Shown in pieces: positions 1 through 9,165 of a stretch of 29,532 bases of DNA. The stretch is from a virus (Duplodnaviria; Caudoviricetes): the IMG/VR virus record IMGVR_UViG_3300046779_001234, positions 1-29,532 of that record; one strand, 5' to 3'. A program made the position numbers and the translations under genes. The notes under the pieces were generated by a model. It did not search any database, was not told the origin of the DNA, and saw nothing but the letters and a program-made list of their open reading frames with translations. The first letter of the stretch is position 1; each line of letters opens with the position of its first letter.

Positions 1-327
1 AGAGGTTTCAATGACTACAACGTATTTTTGAGAGCAATGGGTACTGCCCTATCAGCCAAGGACCAGGAGGATAAAGAGTTTTATGTTTATGCCGTAGGTC
101 CAGCCAACGTTAACTCCATGGGCCTAGAGTTTATGAATATTACTGAGAGAACTCTTAAGGCAAAGGGTATCAAGTCTAGGTTATTCAAGGTTCCAGTTTC
201 CTGGGCAAAAGAAAACATCCACGACATTGATTATGTTGCCTACTTCAGTAAGCCTAAAGAGCCACTATCCGATCTGGTAAGTCTTGCCGATGCAAAAGAT
301 ATCGAAGTCGGAGTTTACAGATATTAA
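1..327 (+). CDS. Phage protein, possible SLOG/DUF2493-like; 5'-truncated by the window edge
   Basis: Frame is open from base 1 (RGFNDYNVFLRAMG...), so the TTG at 28 is not the true start; the FNDY N-terminal motif resembles SLOG-family proteins. Confidence 0.6.
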   Translation, partial: RGFNDYNVFLRAMGTALSAKDQEDKEFYVYAVGPANVNSMGLEFMNITERTLKAKGIKSRLFKVPVSWAKENIHDIDYVAYFSKPKEPLSDLVSLADAKDIEVGVYRY

Positions 328-330
328 TGC

Positions 331-359
331 TTGACAAATATTTGTCTGGCTGTTAAAAT
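331..359 (+). promoter_or_regulatory. SigA/sigma70-type promoter
   Basis: TTGACA(331-336)-17 nt-TAAAAT(354-359); palindrome GACAAATATTTGTC overlaps the -35 and spacer. Confidence 0.75.
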
Positions 360-441
360 AATAACACTAGAGAATTCTGCTACCAATAGCAGAAGTTTTG
401 CGGAGTATGCAAAACACATCTATAACAATAAACAAAGGTAA

Positions 442-666
442 ATGCAGGTGATTATGATGAACATTCGGTCACTAAAGAAGATGGAAGCCATTGTGGCAAA
501 GAACCATCAGCTAATCTGGGATGGTTGGACAGTTGTACATTCTGTAAAGAATCCAACTGCTTGGTCGTCCACCAACGGGGCATATGTCAAGGGTAAGTGG
601 TACATCCAGAAGAGGTATGAGCCTACCGTTGATGGATGGGAGATCCCAGACAAGTTAGTGAGGTAG
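442..666 (+). CDS. Hypothetical phage protein (Trp-rich)
   Basis: ORF downstream of promoter, in operon with whiB; start may be ATG 454/457. Confidence 0.7.
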   Translation: MQVIMMNIRSLKKMEAIVAKNHQLIWDGWTVVHSVKNPTAWSSTNGAYVKGKWYIQKRYEPTVDGWEIPDKLVR

Positions 667-670
667 ATTT

Positions 671-955
671 ATGGATAAGCATAGCTGGAAAGAAGATGCC
701 CTATGCAAAGATTATGACGTAAATCTATTCTTCGATACTTACGAAGAGGACCTGACGCTGAGGCCAGCTATTGATAGCCTATGTGCCAGATGTCCACTAG
801 CCAGGCAGTGTTTTGCTGTCGGTGTTTCTGAAAAAGAAACAGGCGTTTGGGGCGGAGTCTATCTTGAGTCTGGTAAAATCTCCAGGGAATTTAACAGACA
901 CAGGTCTAAAAAAGACTGGTCATCTACTTGGCAAAATCTAACAATGGATAAATAA
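671..955 (+). CDS. whiB: WhiB-family Fe-S transcription factor
   Basis: Four Cys (C..LFF..CxxC....C) plus the GVWGG turn motif. Confidence 0.93.
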   Translation: MDKHSWKEDALCKDYDVNLFFDTYEEDLTLRPAIDSLCARCPLARQCFAVGVSEKETGVWGGVYLESGKISREFNRHRSKKDWSSTWQNLTMDK

Positions 956-957
956 TT

Positions 958-1200
958 ATGTATACAGATGCAATGAGAACAGCTGTACGATCATTGGATG
1001 GTCATGCACCAAAAGGATTTGGTGTAACTATAGTAGACAATGAGCATTTTCTAAGTGTAAAAGCTAGTGAAAAAGCCTTCATGTCGCTACTTGACGAAGA
1101 CAAGCGTCGTGCTGTAGAATATATGGTGAGGGTTAAGAAAGCCCTTGAAGATAACGGAGCAATCGTACTGTTAGTACGAGAGGGTGGAGCAGAGCTATAA
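958..1200 (+). CDS. Hypothetical phage protein
   Basis: Tightly coupled ORF; stop overlaps next start (TAATG). Confidence 0.75.
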   Translation: MYTDAMRTAVRSLDGHAPKGFGVTIVDNEHFLSVKASEKAFMSLLDEDKRRAVEYMVRVKKALEDNGAIVLLVREGGAEL

Positions 1201-1694
1201 TGCAAACTTTTTTGCCATCTAAGGATTTTAATGAGTCCGCTAAGATGCTAGATTCTAAAAGACTAAACAAGCAAATCCTAGAGGCATATCAGATTTTGCG
1301 TGTGCTGTCTGGAGTAAACGAGGGAAACGGTTGGGTAAACCATCCTGCAGTTAAGATGTGGAAGGGATCTGAGTATATCCTATTTACATATGCTGCAGCA
1401 ATGCTTAGAGAGGCAGATGCTCGTGGGATCAAGACAGACAAGAATAGATCTAATCTAAACCTTATTCGTAACTTTGCCATGAAGAACTGGGGAACGTCAT
1501 TCCCATCATGGTATAAGAATCCACAAGAGCTAAAGCGTGTTGTCGCAACTCACAAGTCTAATTTGTTCATTAAGGATGAAGAGTTTTACTATGAGTTTAA
1601 GACATCGCTGCTAGACCCAAACAGTAGATCTTGCTGTGCTGAATGCAAGTATTACTGGCCCACACATTCAAGCAAGAAGGAGTTTGTTGGATGA
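1200..1694 (+). CDS. MSMEG_6728-like / pyrimidine-dimer DNA glycosylase-family protein
   Basis: MQTFLP...LDSKRLNKQILE...GWVNHPAVKMW...HKSNL..KD..FY...YYWP signature. Confidence 0.82.
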   Translation: MQTFLPSKDFNESAKMLDSKRLNKQILEAYQILRVLSGVNEGNGWVNHPAVKMWKGSEYILFTYAAAMLREADARGIKTDKNRSNLNLIRNFAMKNWGTSFPSWYKNPQELKRVVATHKSNLFIKDEEFYYEFKTSLLDPNSRSCCAECKYYWPTHSSKKEFVG

Positions 1695-2062
1695 TAGAAA
1701 CAATTATTATATCTGTACTGACAACCGTTATTCTATTCTTAGTTGGTGGGAACATATATCAACACTTTAGATATAGGAGAATCTCTGCAAAACTGCTAGA
1801 GGTATCAATGAACCAGGCACTAATAAGTGAGAATATTGGTGTTATTAATAACGGTAAATATGTGCACCAGGATGTCGCAGATTCAGACGGCTTCTTAAAG
1901 TTCCTTTCAGATTCACGAGAGTGGGCGTTTGGATACATAGAAGAGGTACAGGAAGCCATTCTAAAGCTCTCTGATGCCATGCAGTCTGGAAACGAAGACA
2001 AGATTCATGTAGCATATATTCATCTAATGACATATTTGCCAACTGAATCGGCAAATAATTAA
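1691..2062 (+). CDS. Membrane-anchored hypothetical protein
   Basis: Start moved to ATG 1691 (ATGA overlap with upstream stop); N-terminal hydrophobic segment; FLKFLSDSREWAFGYIEEVQ core. Confidence 0.7.
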   Translation: MIETIIISVLTTVILFLVGGNIYQHFRYRRISAKLLEVSMNQALISENIGVINNGKYVHQDVADSDGFLKFLSDSREWAFGYIEEVQEAILKLSDAMQSGNEDKIHVAYIHLMTYLPTESANN

Positions 2063-2074
2063 ATAGGAGAAAAA

Positions 2075-2389
2075 ATGAACGCAAACACAAAGGCAATGCT
2101 AGACTCCTACCTACGTAATTTACTAGGTGTAGTTCTAGCTTTGGTAACAACAGCAATGGCTAATGCTGGAGTGGCATCGCCACTTGATCTAGGTGCAGGA
2201 GAATGGCTAACTGTAGCTAACGGTCTATGGGCTGCTGCAGTACCAACCCTGATTCGCTATCTGAATAAGAAAGACCCAGCATTCGGAAAGGTTGCTGAGG
2301 TTGTTGCTGTCCAGGTATCGAAGAAAATTGAGACTGCTGCTGCACAGGCGAAGGCTCCTGCAAAGAAGTCAGCTGCTAAGAAGAAGTAA
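2075..2389 (+). CDS. Holin-like membrane protein with Ala/Lys-rich tail
   Basis: Two hydrophobic segments, LIRYLNKKDPAFG motif, basic tail; AGGAG RBS. Confidence 0.5.
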   Translation: MNANTKAMLDSYLRNLLGVVLALVTTAMANAGVASPLDLGAGEWLTVANGLWAAAVPTLIRYLNKKDPAFGKVAEVVAVQVSKKIETAAAQAKAPAKKSAAKKK

Positions 2390-2405
2390 TAAGACAAATA
2401 AAGAT

Positions 2406-2439
2406 AGGCGGATTGCTCTTGCAGTCCGCCTTTTCTTTT
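2406..2439 (+). terminator. Intrinsic terminator
   Basis: AGGCGGATTGC-TCTT-GCAGTCCGCCT stem followed by TTTCTTTT. Confidence 0.85.
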
Positions 2440-2494
2440 GCTATAATATATATGCCTGCCAATTGGGGGCAATTAACTCGCTAAACATTAGGAG
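2439..2494 (+). promoter_or_regulatory. Extended -10 promoter and ROSE-like 5' UTR of hsp20
   Basis: TGCTATAAT (2439-2447); CTCGCT(2477-2482) can pair with SD AGGAG(2490-2494) with a bulged G. Confidence 0.6.
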
Positions 2495-2503
2495 ATGATA
2501 TAT

Positions 2504-2917
2504 ATGGTATACACACGTACACCACACACGGGAAGAGATCTTTTCCCATTCGGAAGCCTTGCTCAGGAATTTGAGAAGGCATTCAGCCAGCCAGTAAAGG
2601 CTACTTACCCACCATACAACATCAATAAAATCTCGGACGAGCATTTCGTTCTGGAGTTTGCTGTTGCTGGATTTAACCAGGGTGGCATTGATATCTCGGT
2701 AGAGAAGGATGTGCTAACTGTTAAGGGTGAGCGTCAAGAAGACGAGGGTGCCAACTATGTCTATAAGGGCATCGCTGGTCGTAAGTTCACACGATCATTT
2801 AGCCTGCCAGAATATTTCGAGGTAGATAGAGCATCAATGATCGATGGAATTTTGTATATTGATTTGTACAAGCGTGTTCCAGAAGATAAGAAGCCAAAGA
2901 AGATTAGCATTAGCTAA
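2504..2917 (+). CDS. hsp20: Small heat-shock protein Hsp20 (IbpA-like)
   Basis: YPPYNI...LEFAVAGF...YKGIAGRKFTRSFSL...DGIL alpha-crystallin motifs; ATG 2504 gives normal SD spacing. Confidence 0.95.
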   Translation: MVYTRTPHTGRDLFPFGSLAQEFEKAFSQPVKATYPPYNINKISDEHFVLEFAVAGFNQGGIDISVEKDVLTVKGERQEDEGANYVYKGIAGRKFTRSFSLPEYFEVDRASMIDGILYIDLYKRVPEDKKPKKISIS

Positions 2918-2923
2918 TCATAA

Positions 2924-2951
2924 ACTCCTGGGCATGAGTATAAACTGCCCA
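2924..2951 (+). ncRNA. 3'-UTR H-type pseudoknot motif, copy 1 of 4
   Basis: ACTC-CTGGGCAT-GAGT-ATAAAC-TGCCCA; P1 ACTC/GAGT, P2 TGGGCA/TGCCCA. Confidence 0.7.
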
Positions 2952-2970
2952 ACAATGATATAATTAGTAT

Positions 2971-3609
2971 ATGTCAGAGCCAGAGAATAAAACAATTGCC
3001 CTTTTTGTTTTAACTGCAGGAAGAACTGAGTACCTAGATGCTGCGATTAAATCAATAAATAAAAATTTAAAGGGAAACATTATTAAAAGAATTATATTTG
3101 ATAATTCTGATGATCATGGTATAAGTTATGATGGGTACGATACAGTTTCCGTACCATCATTTGGTTTGCCGTATAGCAGCCAAAGACACTCTCTTGTCAT
3201 GCAGTTTATTTTCGATATGTCTAAAAATATAGATGCAGACGCTATTTGTTTTTTTGAAGAAGATTGGGAGCTTCTGGAAGAAGTAGACTTAGACTATCTA
3301 TCAAAATATTTAAACGAAAGAATTTCTCAAATAAGATTATTTAGGAAACAGGATTACAATGTGGCAGGCATAATACACGATGACTTTTCTGTTATAAAAA
3401 CAGACGAATATATGTTTACCCTAAATCCATCACTTTTTAGTAAAAAAATTATGCAAACTAAGTACCCAGTAAATCACGATAACCATGAGTGGAGATTTGG
3501 TCAAATTATAAATAAGCCATTTATGGTTTATAAAAATGGCACACGGGTGGTTGGCCATATTGGAGAAAAAAGTATTACAAGGCCTGGAGAGCTATCTGGC
3601 GTTTTTTAA
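2971..3609 (+). CDS. Glycosyltransferase, GT-A fold (GT2-like)
   Basis: VLTAGRTEYL N-terminus, FFEEDW acidic motif, TLNPSLF and HIG motifs; leaderless (TGATATAAT-6 nt-ATG). Confidence 0.7.
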   Translation: MSEPENKTIALFVLTAGRTEYLDAAIKSINKNLKGNIIKRIIFDNSDDHGISYDGYDTVSVPSFGLPYSSQRHSLVMQFIFDMSKNIDADAICFFEEDWELLEEVDLDYLSKYLNERISQIRLFRKQDYNVAGIIHDDFSVIKTDEYMFTLNPSLFSKKIMQTKYPVNHDNHEWRFGQIINKPFMVYKNGTRVVGHIGEKSITRPGELSGVF

Positions 3610-3644
3610 TGGCATTGCCACGGTAGGCATAGTATAATTATTGT

Positions 3645-4967
3645 ATGACAATAACCCTATACACTATGTCCTGGAACGGATACTGGGATAAATATAAGGA
3701 CAGCTGGGCTAGTTCTGTAAATAGTTTGAATACCACCCCCGATGAAATAATCATTGTTTCTGACGTTAAAATAGATACAAGTGCCCTGAAACATAACAAT
3801 ATTAAGAACATCGTGGTACCCAATTATTATGAAAAAAGACCAGCGTCTACATACAGGAATATCGCAATAGACAACGCAACGTCTGACTGGGTTGTTAGTG
3901 CAGACATAGACGATGAATTTAACGCATGGTTTTTAGACAGCTTGCCAGATGATTCAGATATTCATGGATTTTCGTTTTTAGATAAGTATAGCGGAGAGAC
4001 GTTCCGACAGGACCATAGATCACTTGAGTACAGATTGACTGGTGCCGATGTTCCTGGCAATCTTATACCAAGCTGTTCTGCAATCAAAAAATCTGTATTC
4101 GATAGTATAAGGTATGAGCATGGCTGTCACGAGGACAACATATTTTATGCTATGGCATCAAAGTTAGACATAAAATTTACCTACGATAGCTCGGACATGC
4201 CACCTAGATATATATATTCTGGCTGGCATACTCAAAATGAAGAAATTGATAGAGTTACTAAGATATATAAAGAAATGATATCTGGCTCGAATAGGCCAGT
4301 ATACGCATTCTGGTTCTCCGACACCATTAGCGAAAATAGAAAAGCTGGGCTGAAGGTTTTAAATAAGTCTGCAAAAAATTTAATTTTGTTAAACACTCAA
4401 AGATTTTATTCTTTTGAAAACAAAGAGATTCCAATTCACAAGGGCTTCAAATACTTAACGGCTAATCATAAAAGTGACTACGCCAGAGCGTACATGATGT
4501 ATTTTTATGGTGGAGGTTATTCGGATGTAAAGCCAAATGACTTTAACTGGGGGCCGTATTTTGATGAATTGTTTTTGAGTAAAGGAGATGTGATTGGCTA
4601 TGCAGAAAAGCATGAAAACGATGTTGCATTTTATCCAAACAATTCCGAAGAAAAAGCATTTCTTGAGACAAATTACAACAAGTTTATAGGTAACGGACAT
4701 TACATCTTTAAGCCAAAAACAGACATTGTGTTTAGATGGATAACTGAGATTCATAGGATAATTGATCAAAATTATGAGAGGCTGGCCAGTCACCCAGGAC
4801 AAATGAGACACATAAATGATTCAGACTATGACCAGTTAGCTTCTAGTGGCTACCCACTTGAATGGAATGAGCTTGGTGGAAGAATCCTGCACAGGCTGCA
4901 ATATGAGTATAGCTTAAAAAATATTCTAACTGGAATGCCTTTTACTAATAACGTTAACTATAGATAG
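3645..4967 (+). CDS. Two-domain glycosyltransferase (GT2-like plus DXD/capsular-synthesis-like domain)
   Basis: N domain RNIAIDNATSDWVVSADIDD; C domain HKSDYARAYMMYFYGGGYSDVK. Confidence 0.75.
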   Translation: MTITLYTMSWNGYWDKYKDSWASSVNSLNTTPDEIIIVSDVKIDTSALKHNNIKNIVVPNYYEKRPASTYRNIAIDNATSDWVVSADIDDEFNAWFLDSLPDDSDIHGFSFLDKYSGETFRQDHRSLEYRLTGADVPGNLIPSCSAIKKSVFDSIRYEHGCHEDNIFYAMASKLDIKFTYDSSDMPPRYIYSGWHTQNEEIDRVTKIYKEMISGSNRPVYAFWFSDTISENRKAGLKVLNKSAKNLILLNTQRFYSFENKEIPIHKGFKYLTANHKSDYARAYMMYFYGGGYSDVKPNDFNWGPYFDELFLSKGDVIGYAEKHENDVAFYPNNSEEKAFLETNYNKFIGNGHYIFKPKTDIVFRWITEIHRIIDQNYERLASHPGQMRHINDSDYDQLASSGYPLEWNELGGRILHRLQYEYSLKNILTGMPFTNNVNYR

Positions 4968-4981
4968 TGTATAATTATACT

Positions 4982-5073
4982 GTCCCCACACAGGACAAGG
5001 ATTTGCTCTCTTAGGATGGATAGTTACCTTTTTAGCTGGGCATCGCCATAGGTTGCTGTGTGGGGATTTTTTT
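4982..5073 (+). ncRNA. Candidate small structured RNA with its own -10 box and U-tail
   Basis: TATAAT 4970-4975; closing stem TCCCCACACAG/CTGTGTGGGGA (11 bp); internal hairpins; T-run after. Confidence 0.6.
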
Positions 5074-5087
5074 GCTATAATGACATT

Positions 5088-5699
5088 GTGATTATAAAGC
5101 TTTCTGACATAAGGTCAAATATTATATCTATCTCTCCATCGCCACCTATAATGAATGAACTTCTTAAGCTGGGGTATAAGGATGTCATAGTCAAGGCAGC
5201 AACTACAGATAGGGCATCTAAGATAAGAAGCATATCTTATTCACACTATAGTGTTGTCAAGGATAATGAATCTAGAGTGCCATTTATAGTGTTTGAAGAA
5301 GATGCTATGCCATTAAATTATGTAGACAGTGTCAGTATTCCAGACGATGCCGATGCCCTTTACCTAGGGCTGCTATCTGCTCCTAGCTTTTTAGATCCAG
5401 TGCTAGAGGCTATTGCTGGATTTCCTGGAGTGTATCGTGTAGAAAAGCTACTCGGAGCACATGCCATTCTATATCTTAGTAATCGATATGCTTCTGCAGC
5501 AAAAATGGCTTTTGCAAGATCATCGCAAGGCATTCTGGGCTATGAGGATGCCGATATGGCACTATCTGATATTAATAAGAACTTTAATGTTTATGCAATA
5601 AACCCAGTATTCTGTCAGCATAATCCGAACAACCCATTTCTTTCCAATCTCAGTAGAATAAACTCTCTAGCCACAATGAATAGAGATATAATATTGTAA
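5088..5699 (+). CDS. Glycosyltransferase, GT25-like
   Basis: SYSH...PFIVFEEDA...PDDADALYLG...AHAILY; start moved to GTG 5088 (TGCTATAAT-6 nt-GTG). Confidence 0.7.
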   Translation: MIIKLSDIRSNIISISPSPPIMNELLKLGYKDVIVKAATTDRASKIRSISYSHYSVVKDNESRVPFIVFEEDAMPLNYVDSVSIPDDADALYLGLLSAPSFLDPVLEAIAGFPGVYRVEKLLGAHAILYLSNRYASAAKMAFARSSQGILGYEDADMALSDINKNFNVYAINPVFCQHNPNNPFLSNLSRINSLATMNRDIIL

Positions 5700-5715
5700 T
5701 GATATAATTGGCTCT

Positions 5716-6351
5716 ATGCTATTAGATTTAAAAAATATCCCAGCAATTTTTATAAACCTGGAACAAGATCTTGACAAGGGTACTAAAACCAAACAGGTTC
5801 TGCAACAGCTAGGCTTTTCTTCAATATATCGTTCAGCAGCCACCCTCGGTCATCATGTCAACTGGTCAATTAATAAGTGGGAAGATCCAGCATATGCAAG
5901 TGCATGCACAAAAAGTTTTATATCTGCTTTTTCCCTATTAGAGGCCCCATTCATAGTTTTTGAAGACGATATTTTGGCAAATGGCAATATAAATCTTATA
6001 ATGGATATACCAGATGATGCAGATGTTATTTATCTAGGCGGTAGTAGGATAGGCATTGACTCTCCAGAAGCAGTAATAGGAAAGCCTTTCGTAAAAAGCC
6101 ACAATAAAAGCAAGTATAAAAATTACTATGTTCCACGTGGAATGCTTTCGGCACACGCTATCTTAGTTTTAAATGAGCGAGCCAAAGAAATAATAGTCAA
6201 TTCATTTAAGAATAATCCAAATATGATCCAGGACATGACACTGGCCAGACTACAGTTTGGAAGTGAATTGAATTTTTATGGAATATATCCACCAATGTTT
6301 TGTCAAGAGTTTGAGGAAAGCACACTCAACTTCACTAGCTTGGATGATTAG
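5716..6351 (+). CDS. Glycosyltransferase, GT25-like
   Basis: FINL...PFIVFEDD...PDDADVIYLG...AHAILV; paralogue of the preceding gene; leaderless. Confidence 0.75.
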   Translation: MLLDLKNIPAIFINLEQDLDKGTKTKQVLQQLGFSSIYRSAATLGHHVNWSINKWEDPAYASACTKSFISAFSLLEAPFIVFEDDILANGNINLIMDIPDDADVIYLGGSRIGIDSPEAVIGKPFVKSHNKSKYKNYYVPRGMLSAHAILVLNERAKEIIVNSFKNNPNMIQDMTLARLQFGSELNFYGIYPPMFCQEFEESTLNFTSLDD

Positions 6352-6372
6352 TTTGTCTAGTATATAGATATA

Positions 6373-7131
6373 CTATCTCAGTTTTTTATTAATTGAGTCA
6401 ACAACATCGAAGAACCCAAGATCATCAATTGCTGAAATAGCTAGCAGATCTTTTGGCAAGCAGTGCCCTCCAAACCCAAACAATCCGTCATCTGGGCTAG
6501 GAACTATCGAGTGCGATTTGTTTATTCTAGCGTCAAGGCCTATAGCGTCTCTTACATTTTCGTAAGATGACTCAAAGCTTTCGCATATTCTGTATATGGC
6601 ATTAAAATATATTAGCTTAGCTGCTAGGCCAGCGTTATCTGCAAGCTTTATTATTGATGCCTCTTTTCTAGATACGTATCTATAAGAGTCAACGGGGGCA
6701 GGGTATCTGTGTTTAATCAAAACCTCATTAGCAAAAGACCTAGACGTTTCTATATCTCCACCTAAAACTGCAATCCATGCACTATCTACTACAAGTGCTC
6801 CGTCCCTCTGTGGCATAAACTCTGGAAACATAATATAATTAAGTTTATATTTATAGTCCCACTCGTCAATCTTTGTTGGGGATACCGTGCTGCGAATAGC
6901 TACTACGCCAGAGTACCCATAGTCGGACAGTTCCGACAATACTGACTCCAGGTCGTTGTAGTCATCTGGCCCAGTCTGAACAGTGTCAACACAAATAATA
7001 ATATACTTATAGTTATTAAAGCTATTGTTAATAATTCCTTTATAGGGGTCATGGAAGTCGGTCATATTGCCTAGGGATATTCCAGTTGCTGTTCCGACCT
7101 TGCCAGCACCTATTATAAGTATTTCTTTCAT
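6373..7131 (-). CDS. ugd: UDP-glucose/GDP-mannose 6-dehydrogenase family (lacks C-terminal domain)
   Basis: IIGAGKVG, IRSTVSP, PEF, KLADN, catalytic GFGGHCLPKD. Confidence 0.88.
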   Translation of the reverse strand: MKEILIIGAGKVGTATGISLGNMTDFHDPYKGIINNSFNNYKYIIICVDTVQTGPDDYNDLESVLSELSDYGYSGVVAIRSTVSPTKIDEWDYKYKLNYIMFPEFMPQRDGALVVDSAWIAVLGGDIETSRSFANEVLIKHRYPAPVDSYRYVSRKEASIIKLADNAGLAAKLIYFNAIYRICESFESSYENVRDAIGLDARINKSHSIVPSPDDGLFGFGGHCLPKDLLAISAIDDLGFFDVVDSINKKLR

Positions 7132-7138
7132 ATATATA

Positions 7139-7172
7139 ATTATACCAACAATGCGAATACTTTTGGTATAAT
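7139..7172. promoter_or_regulatory. Back-to-back extended -10 promoters
   Basis: TGGTATAAT on minus (7139-7147) and on plus (7164-7172), 7 and 9 nt before the respective ATGs. Confidence 0.7.
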
Positions 7173-7181
7173 GGTGGTATT

Positions 7182-8078
7182 ATGAAATATTTAGTCACTG
7201 GTGGAGCTGGATTTATCGGCTCAAATATTGTAGATAAGCTTTTGGAAAATGGTCACTCGGTTGTCGTTATTGATAATGAGTCATCTGATGCCCATGATCG
7301 ATTTTACTGGAATGAAAAAGCAGATAACCATATAGCAGACATCTGCGACTATGATACTGTAAGGCCACTATTTGATGGCGTAGACTATGTTCTTCACTTA
7401 GCAGCAGAGGCAAGGATTCAGCCAGCGATTATCAATCCACTAAAAGCTGTAAAGACTAACACTCTTGGAACAGCTACGGTACTACAGTGTGCCAGGGAAG
7501 CTGGCGTAAAGCGTGTGGTATACTCGTCCACATCTTCTGGTTATGGAAGAAACGGTATTCCAAATATAGAAACTCAACCAGACGATTGCCTAAATCCATA
7601 CTCTGTATCAAAGATTAGCGGAGAAAAATTATGCTCTATGTATTATGAGCTATTTGGGCTAGAGACTGTAGTCCTAAGATATTTTAACGTATATGGCCCA
7701 AGAGAGCCGATGAGAGGTCAGTATGCACCAGTTATTGGAATATTTAGACGACAAAAGCAGGCTGGTGAGCCATTAACGATTGTTGGCGATGGAGATCAAA
7801 GACGTGACTTCACGCATGTATTCGATGTCGCTAATGCAAATATTCTAGCAAGCACTGCCTCAGTCTCGCAGCACCTGTTGGGTACGGTATTTAATATTGG
7901 CACTGGAACAAACTATTCGGTAAATGAGATTGCTAAAATGTATAATCATACATCAATCAATATCTCACCTAGGCTAGGCGAGGCCAGAGAAACATTGGCT
8001 AACAATGAAAAGTCAGTTAATATTCTTGGATGGCAGCCAAAAGAAAGCGTGGCAGACTACATTGCCAACAACAACTAA
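7182..8078 (+). CDS. NAD-dependent nucleotide-sugar epimerase/dehydratase (GalE/WcaG-like)
   Basis: TGGAGFIGS, HLAA, YSVSK (YxxxK), LRYFNVYGP, GDGDQRRDFTHV. Confidence 0.95.
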   Translation: MKYLVTGGAGFIGSNIVDKLLENGHSVVVIDNESSDAHDRFYWNEKADNHIADICDYDTVRPLFDGVDYVLHLAAEARIQPAIINPLKAVKTNTLGTATVLQCAREAGVKRVVYSSTSSGYGRNGIPNIETQPDDCLNPYSVSKISGEKLCSMYYELFGLETVVLRYFNVYGPREPMRGQYAPVIGIFRRQKQAGEPLTIVGDGDQRRDFTHVFDVANANILASTASVSQHLLGTVFNIGTGTNYSVNEIAKMYNHTSINISPRLGEARETLANNEKSVNILGWQPKESVADYIANNN

Positions 8079-9165
8079 AAAAGCATTAGTCGTTGGCTCT
8101 GGTCTATCTGGCTCTTCCGCTGCCTACACACTCGCTAAAAATGGCTGGGACGTGACTGTATATGAAAAAGAGTATCGTGTTGGTGGTCACGTAAAAACTG
8201 CCACCATTGGTGGAGTAATGTATGAAGAGTATGCAATCCACGTTAATCATACAGACAGCGACGAAGTCATTGAGCTTATCAATGAAGTCGCAGACTGGCA
8301 TGAATATATACATATTGTTAAAACTAATATAGGTGGGAAAATCCTATCGTGGCCACCGCAAGTAGAAGAGCTGAAGAAAACGGAATACTGGGGCAGCATT
8401 GAGAGTGAGCTGAGGCAACTTCCAGATTCACCAGATACATCTAACTTTGAAAGCTATGCTATATCAATAATGGGGGAGACTCTATATAAATTATTTATTC
8501 ACGATTATACTGTTAAACAATGGGGTACAGACCCCAAGAACCTTTCCTCATCTTTTGCTCCTAAACGAATCGACTTGAGGTATGACGGAGACACTAGACT
8601 ATTCAAGGATAAATGGCAGGCGTTTCCAAATGATGGATGGTCCTCGGTAATAGACTCAATGCTTACAAAATACCCAGTAAAAATAATCATGGGAAAGACG
8701 ATCACGGAAAGGGACGTAGACTGGGATAGCTTTGACGCAGTCATAGTTACTGCCCCACTGGATGAGTTCCTTGGACTAGACGAGCTACCATGGAGAGGCG
8801 TTAGGGTAGAGCATGAGTTTATCCCAGGCATTGAGGGCAAAGCTTTGCCTGCTGCTCAGCTAAACTATCCTGGTTTGGATCAGGGGTACACCCGTATGAC
8901 TGAAACCAAGTGGAAATCTGGTCAAAGTATTTTGGGTACGGTTATCACTAAAGAGTATCCAGGTGCCAACTTCAAGCATTATCCAGTAGATGACGTAGGG
9001 GGAAGAAACAGAGTTCGTGCTAATTATTTAAAAAAGCAATTATTAGAAAGCCACCCTAATGCTATAATTGCAGGTAGGCTTGCAAACTATGTATACATAA
9101 ATACTGACCAGGCAATACTGCAGGGAATTAATGCTGCAAAAAAGGCAATGAAGGAAAAACAATGA
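8062..9165 (+). CDS. glf: UDP-galactopyranose mutase family flavoenzyme
   Basis: VVGSGLSG FAD motif, EK...GG, YTVKQWG, YTRMTE, EYP, YP, GRLANYVYINTDQAI; start probably TTG 8062 (ORF open from 8005). Confidence 0.85.
   Translation: MPTTTKKALVVGSGLSGSSAAYTLAKNGWDVTVYEKEYRVGGHVKTATIGGVMYEEYAIHVNHTDSDEVIELINEVADWHEYIHIVKTNIGGKILSWPPQVEELKKTEYWGSIESELRQLPDSPDTSNFESYAISIMGETLYKLFIHDYTVKQWGTDPKNLSSSFAPKRIDLRYDGDTRLFKDKWQAFPNDGWSSVIDSMLTKYPVKIIMGKTITERDVDWDSFDAVIVTAPLDEFLGLDELPWRGVRVEHEFIPGIEGKALPAAQLNYPGLDQGYTRMTETKWKSGQSILGTVITKEYPGANFKHYPVDDVGGRNRVRANYLKKQLLESHPNAIIAGRLANYVYINTDQAILQGINAAKKAMKEKQ

Noticed and set aside
375-394. Hairpin TTCTGCTA-CCAA-TAGCAGAA as a terminator
   Set aside because: Lies just downstream of a promoter with a weak U-tract; more likely a 5'-UTR stem, function not supportable.
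2924-2951. Pseudoknot as a known riboswitch or self-cleaving ribozyme
   Set aside because: Located 3' of genes and lacks preQ1, SAM-II, hammerhead or HDV core sequences as far as I can see.
6373-7131. ugd as a pseudogene because it is short
   Set aside because: NAD-binding and catalytic motifs intact, own promoter, clean stop.
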